Assembly (NCBI GenBank): GCA_951406725.2
Contig: OX597817.1
Span: 168,206,001 to 168,270,000 of the forward strand
Length of the DNA stretch: 64,000 nucleotides
Direction of reading: 5' to 3'
Source: Octopus vulgaris
Taxonomy: Eukaryota
Shown: piece after piece, positions 1 through 9,960 of the stretch
How the letters are laid out: each line of letters starts with the position of its first letter
How positions within the stretch are numbered: the stretch's first letter is position 1
The notes under the pieces: generated by a model
The model's input: only the letters and a program-made list of their open reading frames with translations
Told to the model about the DNA's origin: nothing
Database searches by the model: none
Made by a program: the position numbers and the translations under genes

Positions 1-714
1 TTATGTGCCACCAACACAGGTGCCAGACGAGGCTGGCAGACGGCCACGCTCGGATATGGTGTTTTCGATGTTTTTCTTATGTGCCACCGACACAGGTGCC
101 AGACGAGGCTGGCGAACGGCTACGATCGGATGGTGTTTGTTACGTGCCCACGGCACGGAGGCCAGTCAATGCGGTACTGGCTACGGTCCCGTTCGGATGG
201 TTTTCTTATGTGCCACCGGCACTGGTTACCACAAGGATACAAATTCCATTGATGTTCATCTATTTTGATTTGGTTTGACTTGATTCGATTTGACTTTGAT
301 TTGATTTGCCTCAACAGGTCTTCACAAGTGTCACAAGCAGGAAGGTATGCACAGGTGGACTGACTACGTCCCAGGTAGGGGCCACGGGTTATGGCTTCAC
401 TAGTCTTGCCGGGTCTTCTCACGCACAGCATACTTCCATAGGTCTCGGTCTCTAGTCATTTCCATGGTGAGACCTAACGTTCGAAGGTCGTGCTTCACCA
501 CCTCGTCCCAGGTTTTCCTGGGTCTACCTCTTCCACGGGTTCCCTCAACTGCTAGGGATTGGCACTTTCTCACACACCTATCTTCATCCATTCTCGCCAC
601 ATGACCATACCAGCGCAATCGTCTCTCTTGCACGCAACAACTGATGCTTCTTAGGTACAACATTTCTCTCAGGGAACTAACGCTCTGTCGAGTAAGTACA
701 CTGATATTACACAT
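1..714 (-). mobile_element. RTE-clade LINE, 5'-truncated: ORF C-terminus plus long 3' UTR running off the window edge
   Basis: ORF 714-400 RLRWYGHVARMDEDR...GRGRPRKTWDEVVKHDL...DRDLW is a typical RTE C-terminus; 1-225 holds ~57-bp internal repeats. Confidence 0.9.
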
Positions 715-984
715 CCATGTGAAGTCCCTTTATTAATGCTGGTCAATGGATTAAGTGCTGATGAAGGACACTAACTCCTCAAAAACTCTCTGACCATGTT
801 CCAAATAGATAGCAGAATTGATAGTGCTGGACAAAATACTTTGTTGTATTTAGTTAAGTTCCCTTACATTCTGAGTTCAAATCCTACTGTAGTCAACTTT
901 GTCTTTCACTCTTCTGAGGCCAATAAAATGAACTGCCAGTCAAATAGAGGGTGGGCTGATAGATCAGCCTAATCAACAATACTC

Positions 985-1826
985 TCTTTTCTTTTATTTG
1001 TTTCAGTCATTGGATTGTGGCCATGCTGGAGCACTGCCTTGAAGGGCTTTTAGTCAAACAAATTGACCCCTGGCCTAGTACTTATTCTATCACTCTGTTC
1101 TTCTGAACTGCTAAGTTGCAGGGATGTAAACAGACACAAAGGCACACACACACATAGATATATACATATATTTTTCTCATCTTTGTTGCCGTACACATTT
1201 GCTAGCTTTCTTACAAAGCGGTCTAATGCTCTTAGCTTAATCCTTTTTGGGGGACAACCAGATTGCACCATCTCTAGTGTAACTGTCTGAAATGGTTGTG
1301 ACTTCTGGTATTTGACTGATGAAAGAAAGCCAAGAATGACCCGTCTTTTTTGCCTGTCCTTCTAATTGTTGTTTCTCTTGTTCGCCTTAGTGTCGTCTAT
1401 CTGTCTGAACATTTTAATGCCCTCTATTGCGTTTTTGTTCCATTTATATATATACACACACACACACATATATATTTGTATACACACACACACATATATA
1501 TAATAAATATTAGGGAATAAATCCAAATTTACAGGGAAAATCAGATTTAGGATTGAATCCAATTTTATAGTAAAATATTATATAATATTAATTAGAGACA
1601 AAACCACTATTTTGCAAATCAAACAAAGAAAGACTTAATCCAATACATTAAAAAAAAAAAAAATAGAATAGAAGATCTGAAATCCACCTGATGAATGTCC
1701 TGAGAAGAGACATGAAAAATTGTAGTGGCGAACATAATTTTATTTAATTTATATTAAAATAATTTTTTTATGTATTGGATTAAGTCTTTCTTTGTTTGAT
1801 TTGCAAAATAGTGGTTTTGTCTCTAA

Positions 1827-1869
<43 letters not shown>

Positions 1870-2016
1870 ATAGGTTTCTTTCAGTTTCTGTCTACCAAAT
1901 CCACTCTCAAGGCATTGTCGGCCTGTGGCTAAAGTAGAAGATACTTGTCCGAGGTGCCATGCAGTGGGACTGAACCCAGAACCATGTGGTTGGGAAGAAA
2001 GCTTCTTACCACACAT
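985..2016 (-). mobile_element. tRNA-derived SINE family 1 with two insertions in its internal microsatellite
   Basis: Tail 985-1150 and head 1870-2016 match the other family-1 copies; 1170-1860 is foreign sequence bounded by (TA)/(CA) runs. Confidence 0.8.
1684..1728 (+). ncRNA. Minimal type I hammerhead ribozyme motif (Penelope pLTR-type), possibly defective
   Basis: Stem I CCAC/GTGG, core CTGATGA, stem II ATGTC/GACAT, GAAA, AATT, cleavage triplet GTA; the usual C after GAAA is missing. Confidence 0.75.
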
Positions 2017-2859
2017 CATTATTATTTTTACTTTTAAGGTGGTGAGCTGACAGAATCGTTAGTGTATCAGACAAAATGCTTAGCAGCATTTCTCCTGAGG
2101 TCAACAATGCTTTCCATCCTTTCCGGGTCTATAAAATAAGTCCTGGTTGAGCAATGGGGCTGATGTATTTAACTATCCCCCTCCCACTAAAATTTCTGAC
2201 CTTGTGCCAAAATTGGAAAGTATTATTATTATAATTATTTTGCAGTAATGATTCCTAACATTGGCACAGGGCCATAAATTCAGAGAAGATATTGTAGAAA
2301 TTATTTTGATGTTTGGCCTTGTGCCTATGAAAGAAATCATTATTATTTTTAATATTGGAGTGGCAAAAATAACAGTGTAGAGGACTGGATATGGTAGAAT
2401 GCTTTAGGTTTTTAATTGCATTCTATAATTTAAATTCAACCTGGGCTGATTTTAAGCATGCAATAATCATCATTGTTTAATGTCTGTGTTCCATGCTGGC
2501 ATGGGTTGGAGAGTTTGACAGGATCAGAAATGTCCAAGGATTGCATTGTGCTCTAGAGTCTGTTGTGGCATGGTTTCTATGGCTACATGCCCTACATAAT
2601 GCCAACCAATTTATTGCCCGGACTAGGTGCTTTTTCCATGCCACGTATACTTATGATGTTGCCATGCAGCTCACAAAACTACAAACCCTGGGTGGGGGTG
2701 GCGTCAGTTTCATGCTAGTGGGGGCAGTGCAGGTTGTTGAAGAGGATCTATATGGCTACTCATGAACTTGAAAAACTGAGAAAAGGAAACGAGCTGAGTC
2801 AGTAGGAGCAGCAATAACAGGACCAGTGGTCACTGTTTTCGAAATTGAACCAATCCTAT

Positions 2860-3209
2860 GACTGGCACCCGGCAGATGCCAGGACCCTTGGACTGGAGAT
2901 ACGTAAAAAGCACTATCCGAATCGTGGCCGATGCCAGCGCCGCCTCGACTGGCTTCCGTGTCGGTGGCACGTAAAATGCACCAATCCGACCGTGGCCGAT
3001 GCCAGCCTCGCCTGGCACCAGTGCAGGTGGCACGTAAAAAGCACCCACTACACTCACGGAGTGGTTGGCGTTAAGAAGGGCATCCAGCTGTAGAAACATG
3101 GCCAGATAAGACCGGAGCCTGGTGCAGCCTTCTGGCTTCCCAGATCCCCGGTCGAACCGTCCAACCCATGCTAGCATGGAGAACGGACGTTAAACGATGA
3201 TGATGATGA
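2860..3209 (+). mobile_element. RTE 3'-end copy. Similar copies: 7938-8190(-), 10160-10465(-), 17776-18042(-), 18408-18813(+), 25002-25323(+), 32994-33245(-), 44830-44965(+)
   Basis: Shared internal repeats, GAAGGGCATCCAGC box, CCATGCTAGCATGG palindrome and (GAT)n tail. Confidence 0.85.
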
Positions 3210-3567
3210 CTAGTTGCAGCTCCAAGGACGATCCAAAATTTTGCCTCGTCCTCAATCCCAAGGACCAATCACCAAGAAGTATCACCCAAAAGTCTTGCAA
3301 CAAAGAGATGAACAGGAAACAGGCAAAGTGTAGGAGAGAATAGAAAGTGGAGTAGTCCTCCCCCTCACGAATATATATATATTTAAACTTAAGAAAATGC
3401 TTGAAGAATATCCACAGTGAACACATCTCTATAAATTTCAGTCCTTCATAAAGCAAATGAACTGTTGGATGGGTTATGTAGCCTATTAGAACATTTATGG
3501 AAAGAGTTAGTGCTAATTTACTGAGAGATGGGCTCTAATTATGTAGGGTGACTAAGGAGAAGATAAA

Positions 3568-3990
3568 TCTATTATATAAAATCTGTTCTGTCTGTCTGTG
3601 TGTGGGTCTTCTAGGATCTCGGGCATCCTCCATCCGATTGCGCTCAAATTTGATATATAGATACCAGGGCGTGTATAAGTCTTGAAAAAATTACAAAAAT
3701 TGATTCCAGTTGAGAATGCGATCGATAAAGCCATGGGAACGTGCGTTTGTACGCACAAGTACATCAGCTGTTGCGATCGATACTACGCGTACATGAGAAA
3801 AATGCACGTGCAGTTTGCGCAAAAACAACCGGCTGGCTTGAAATAATGTCACAAAATGGGACGGTTGGACAAGTTGTTTTGAGAAAATTTGGTTTAAATG
3901 TTTGACAACTCAGCACCATCCATTGGACGGGGAGCATTTTGTTACTTATAAAAGCACTTTTGCATACAATGCAAAAGTGTACATAAATCA
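3568..3990 (+). mobile_element. Non-autonomous Helitron-like 5' portion
   Basis: A|TCTATTATATAAAA start, (CTGT)n, CCGATT...AAATTT motif; no clear 3' CTRR/hairpin, so the right end is approximate. Confidence 0.55.
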
Positions 3991-5219
3991 CATAAGACCC
4001 TTTTCTTTGCTGGAATTGCTCACTTGCATTTTCAAAACAGAGTATTCAATATCTGGATGAAGTGCAAGGATGAGTCAATGATGATCAAAATTGTGGGGAG
4101 CTCTGATCTGACACAGGAGGTTCTATGATTTCTTCAAATTATACCTCCTTAACTTCTTAGTATCCAGATTAAACTGTATTTTAACTCTTATTTATTGACA
4201 TTGTTTTGTATTAATCAGACATTATCTTATACCTTCAAGAGATTTTGATGATGTAATTGTATATTTTGTGAATGATATTGTGAGAGACCCAACCTGGTTG
4301 GTTTGAACATAAGATAGATAGAACATTTTGGCCAGATTTGGCCAGTTTAAACACTAAAGGGTTAACAAACTCCATCTGAACAATGCAAGCAGGAAATGTG
4401 GGTGCTAAAATGTATTTCTTTACTTCCCACAAGGGGCTAAACACAGAGGAGACAAACAAGGACAGACAAAGGGATTAAGTCGATTACACTGACCCCAGTT
4501 AGAAACTGGTACTTTATTTATCAACCCTGAAAGGATGAAAGGCAAAGTTGACCTTGGCGGAATTTGAACTCAGAACGTAACGCCAAACGAAATATGGCTA
4601 CGCATTTCGCCTGGCATGCTAACGTTTCTGCCAGCTCTAAAATGATGACTGATTGGTGTGTAGTCACTCACAAACATTTTTCAGCCCCTGGCCTATATGT
4701 GTGCTGTGTCTCTTCTAATTGCTTTTTCTACGATGGCCTCTACTCCTGGTTAGCTGGTCTTATGTCACTTTCACTAATGTTGTCTGGACTCAGTTATTCT
4801 TCTCATGATTGATGTTGTATCTAATACTCCAATTCCTTCCCTGCACATGTCTATCTTGCAACCATCAACTTGACCCTCTTATAACTGCTAATCTCTCATT
4901 AACTGGCACAAAGACACCCCCTTCATTACTATTCCCTCCTTCCAGCTGAGGGGTTTTTTGTCTTGCAAGTTACTTGGTGTCCCTGTCGGTGCTGGTACCA
5001 CATAATAACCACTGATGGTGTCATGTAGAAAGCACCCGGTACACTCTGTAAAGTTACTGGCATTAGGAGGAGCATCCAGCCCTAGAGATTTTGCCAAAAC
5101 AGACAGTGGAGCCTGGTGTGGCTCTCTGTGTTATCAACTCCTCTCAAACTGTCTCACCTATGCCAGCATGGAAAACGGACATTAAATGATGACGATAATG
5201 ATGGAAAATATATATATTC

Positions 5220-5617
5220 TCTTTTCTTTTTTACTTGTTTCAGTCATTTGACTGCGGCCATGCTGGAGCACCGCCTTTAGTCGAGCAAATCGACCCCGGG
5301 ACGTATTCTTTGTAAGCCCAGTACTTATTCTATCAGTCTCTTTTGCCGAACCGCTAAGTGACGGGGACATAAACACACCAGCATCGGTTGTCAAGCAATG
5401 CTAGGGGGACAAACACAGACACACAAACATATACATACACATACATATATATATACATATATACGACAGGCTTCTTTCAGATTCCGTCTACCAAATCCAC
5501 TCACAAGGCATTGGTCGGCCCGGGGCTATAGCAGAAGACATTTGCCCAAGATGCCACGCAGTGGGACTGAACCCAGAACCATGTGGCTGGTTAGCAAGCT
5601 ACTTACCACACAGCCAT
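5220..5617 (-). mobile_element. SINE family 1, near full length. Also 6347-6741(+), 8695-8975(-), 12400-12817(-), 15683-16058(+), 25825-26220(-), 30093-30645(-), 34635-35052(-), 39064-39496(+), 48690-49091(-), 62838-63243(-)
   Basis: Pol III A box TGGCTGTGTGG and B box GGTTCAGTCC, internal (TA)/(TG) microsatellite, (AGAGTAA)n tail; copies are highly similar. Confidence 0.9.
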
Positions 5618-7005
5618 TTAATTTTTTGTGCGTTATTTTGAATTTAAAAATACTGTTTTAAAATATTGTGTAATACCTTTATTCTACCCATCATTTTCTT
5701 ATATAATTTTATTTTTATTGTTTGTTGTTATCTCCACATATTCTGTTATATCTTTCGTATACACGTATTACCGTTGGGGGACTGGTGGCAAAAACAATGA
5801 AAGAACTATTTAAATGAAAATGACTTGCATTCAGATTTTGTTTGGAATCATCCACATAGGTTTCTAATGTCCTAGGAGGATGCATAAGCATCGCAAAGTC
5901 CCCCTTCCTCATCTATAATTAAAAGTAGTATTACTATAGTTTTCCTGGAATAATGTAGATTTTAAAAATAGTTCTTTCATGTTTGTCTTTTTTTTTCTAT
6001 CTTTGTGAATTGTTGTGTACGTTTCCTCCACAACTAAAATAGCATTACTAACTATATCAAATAAAATTAGGCGGCAATAGAGCTCATATCGCCATTATTC
6101 AGACAGCTTTGACTAATTGTTGTTATAATAATAATAATAAGAAGAAGAATAATAACAACAACAACCAGCATAATAGTTACTTCAATCCTCCAGACAGGAT
6201 CAACAATGGTTCATTTATTTATTTATTTACTTGCATTGACGGCTGCGCACTAGTTCACTGCAGCGACGGGACATGCATTCTATATATTACAGCTATAATA
6301 TCTGTGTGGGTGGGTTTCTGTATATATTTTTTTTTTTCTGTATTTATAGGAGTGGCTGTGTGGTAAGTAGCTTGCTAACCAACCACATGGTTCCGGGTTC
6401 AGTCCCCACTGCGTGGCATCTTGGGCAAGTGTCTTCTGCTATAGCCCCTGGCCGACCAATGCCTTGTGAGTGGATTTGGTAGATGGAAACTGAAAGAAGC
6501 CTGTCGTATATATATATATATATATGTGTATGTGTGTGTGTTTGTCCCCCTAGCATTGCTTGACAACCGATGCTGGTGTGTTTACGTCCCCGTCACTTAG
6601 CGGTTCGGCAAAAAGAGACCGATAGAATAAGTACTGGGCTTACAAAAAGAATAAGTCCCAGGATCGATTTGCTCGACTAAAGGCGGTGCTCCAGCATGGC
6701 CGCAGTCTAATGACTGAAACAAGTAAAAGAGTAAAGAGTAACATAATATTTATATATTAGTTTATTCAAAGATAAAGCTTCACATTAAGCAAATATATAT
6801 TGCTGAGTATTCTCTTTTGTACACTTGAATGCACACGTGCATGTATGTGGTAACCTTTATTGCAAATCCTCCATTCAAGTGTATGAAAACATGTAGGTGT
6901 GGTATACAATCACACTACATATAGTCATTAGATTCTACAGGCTTCTACTTTATTTCTCCAATAAAAAGGCAAATCTTAATTACTTGAAGCCTTTGCATAT
7001 GGTAT

Positions 7006-7235
7006 TTAACCCTTTCGTTACCAATCCAGCCGAAACCAGCTCTGGCTCTGTAATACAAATGTCATGTTTTCATAGGTTCTGAATTAAAATCTTCCACCAA
7101 ACCTTAGTCACAATTTATGTTCCTAATACCAGCTTAATGATAACTAAGTTATTTGACTAAATTCTTTGTTATATTTAAAAGTAATTGAAAGAAACACAGA
7201 GCATCTCAAAATAAATACAGTAACGAAAGGGTTAA
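7006..7235. mobile_element. piggyBac-type MITE family A. Also 21132-21360, 61049-61277 and a partial copy at 37425-37627
   Basis: TTAA TSD with CCCTTTCGTTAC...GTAACGAAAGGG TIRs, ~225 bp. Confidence 0.9.
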
Positions 7236-8334
7236 CGCATCATCCCATAACTTTTTATCCAAATTCATGTTGTTAGTCATTTTGAGTTATTTCCTCTTAG
7301 CTTTTTTTTAAAATTTCTTTCTGCTAATTATACTGGCTAATAGTCATTTGTAATTCCCTTTTTATACATAAAATATTTTTCACCTGTTGAAGCAGGTTTT
7401 TTTTTTTTTGTATTGCCCAGTTCAGTGATATTTTTCTATAAGACGAACAGATGTCATCATCATTGTTCGACCGTGGTCGAGACTTTCATAGTCTTTTCAA
7501 ATGGCTAATAATGTGTGCGCGCGCCACTACTACACACATTGGAAAGCATTGTACAACCAAGTACTAAAGAAGATCTTTCCTCCTCCATGTAACAAAGCTG
7601 TTCCCGCTGGACGTCAACCCAGTATTTCTAAGCTACGGACCCAGTGATTTATTGTAAGGTTATCTCCATAGCAGATTGTCTTCACTACGGCTAAGGAGCC
7701 CTTTCTACCCCATATTAAAAATACCTTAACCCTTTCGAACAGATGTATATATTGTTCTATGCATATATATGCACACTTACATGTTATATTTGTCAATATA
7801 TTGTTAAGCAGTATTCTTATGAAGTTTATAATGAGAGTTTTTATGTACCTGTGTGTGTCTGAGAGAGGGTATGTTTCTTGACAGATTGTTTATACTAACT
7901 GGAAAAGGAGAAATCAATACATAAAAGCAAGTGCTTGTCATCATCATCATTGTTTAACGTCCGTTTTCCGTGCTAGCACGGGTTGGACGGTTCGACCGGG
8001 GTCTGGGGAGCCAGGGTCTGCTCCAGGCTCCAGTCTGATCTGGCAGTGTTTCTACAGCTGGATGCCCTTCCTAACGCCAACCACTCCATGAGTGTAGTGG
8101 GTGCTTTTTACGTGCCACCTGCACAGGTGCCAGAAGAGTCTGGCATCGGCCACGATCGGTTGGTGCTTTTTATGTGCCACCTGCACAGAAGCCAAAAGAA
8201 ATTATATGGCTGTGTGGTCAAATGTTGGTTACCAAAATCTCAGGATAATAAATAGATGGAAACTGTATGGAAGCCTTTGGAATGGATTGTATCAATAATT
8301 CGACGATCAAGTCTTGCCACACACACACACACTG

Positions 8335-9960
8335 ATCATGCTGATGATTACATTAAAGATTTGCATGTCTGTAGATATTCCAACAACTGAATACTCGTCT
8401 TCATAAACAATGTAGTTCCATTTACTCTGGTTCTCATAGCTGAGTCTGTTGAAGGTTTAGAGAAGAACTTCCAGATCTGGAAGCAAAACCGAGTAAACTC
8501 AGCAAAGAGGGAAGTCATAGGAAAGAGGACAGGCCCTGCTACCTTTTGGAAATTGTTGTGCTCAGTAGGTAGAAATTCCATGCGATGTACCTGGTGTAAA
8601 CTTTGAATGCACAATAGCTGTTATGGGATCAGAGGCAGGTTGACTGTTAAGGTAAAACTTTGTATGTGGCAAGATACACAGGAGTTATTAGTACTCTCTC
8701 TCTCTTTACTTGTTTCAGTCATTTGACTGCGGCCATGCTGGAGCACTGCCTTTAGTCGAGCAAATCGACCCCAGGGCTTATTCTTTGTAAGCCTAGTACT
8801 TATTCTATCGGTCTCTTTTGCTGAACTGCTAAGTTACATAAACACACCAGCATCGGTTGTCAAGCAATGTTGAGGGGACAAACACATATATATAGATACA
8901 TATATACAACGGGCTTCTATCAGTTTCCGTCTACCAAATCCACTGACAAGGCTTTGGTCGGCCCGAGGCTATAGTAGTATGAATACATTTGAAAAACATT
9001 TCTTCAAACACTTGGAAAACTCACTACAAGTTGTTGATAACTTTTGCTACGTCAGTGGCCTATTTAGAAGTTGAGGTGAGTATACTCAAAGTATAGTGAC
9101 CACTGTAAGAACAGAGTAGAGGAAGTTTAACCCTTTAGTGTTTAAACCGGCCATATCTGGCCCAAATATTCTATATGTTTTATATTCAAACTGGCAATAT
9201 CTAGCCTCTCACACCTAACCTACAATGTCATTCTAAATATAAACAATCATATCATTGAAACCTCAAAGCTATAAGATAATGCATGATTAATTCAAAACGC
9301 GTGGGCATGGCTGTGTGGTTAGGGAGCTTGCTTCCTAGCTACATGGTTTCGGGTTCAGTCCCACTGCGTGGCACTTTGGGTAGGTGTCTTCCACTATAGC
9401 CTCGAGCCGACCAGAGCTTTGTGATTGAATTCGATAGGTGGAAGTTACTGCCGTGTGTGTACATGTGCGTGTAGGTGCTTGTGCCTCTCCGAAAGAGAGA
9501 GGGAATTTGAGTGAAAAAGTATTACATTTAACAGTAATCTGAACACTAAAGGGTTAAGAAGCTATTACCTTTGATGGTAGAACATGGTTTCTCTCTCCTT
9601 GTATAATGCTTGTGTACAAAGTACAATAGTGCATGGTACTGAGAGTGAGATGTTAGCCTTGAATGCAGATAATTTAAGATTAGATAGAAATAAAGCACTG
9701 TGCTCTGCTGACAGTAATATTAGCATACAGTGAACGACAGATTACAAATGAGCTGAGAGAAAAACATAGGGTGTGAGAGGGATTAGATGTGTGCAAGAGA
9801 GAAAATATTCTGCTGTTATGAGTACGAGATGTATATGAAAGACAGCAGTAGATGCAACCTGTGTAAAAAGGTGACCTGGGATGAAGTGATGAAGATTGAT
9901 CTCAAGATGCTGAGCTTCACAAAAAGTTGGTGACGTAGTGCTGAAAAAGACCTGACAGCA
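8335..9960 (+). mobile_element. Old degenerate RTE LINE (RT to C-terminus) carrying nested insertions
   Basis: Remnants HADD..LVLIAESVEGLEKNFQIWK, GRNSMRCTWCK..H, VVDNFCY, RKFKKLLPL, ACVQSTIVHGTE, TWDEVMKIDLKML; many stops and frameshifts. Confidence 0.8.
9127..9557. mobile_element. piggyBac-type MITE family B, interrupted by a short SINE. Other copies: 16947-17173, 20022-20244, 21357-21540, 31143-31366, 41812-42039, 45398-45625, 50712-50938, 60251-60481
   Basis: TTAA with CCCTTTAG...CTAAAGGG TIRs; shared AAACCGGCCATATCCGGCC body. Confidence 0.88.

Noticed and set aside
758-790. Hammerhead-like CTGATGA-AGGA..TCCT-CAAAA
   Set aside because: No GAAA box and no convincing stem I; probably chance.
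1316-1335. CTGATGA-AA-GAAA in the 1170-1445 insert
   Set aside because: No stem II or cleavage triplet; cannot be supported as a ribozyme without a family consensus.
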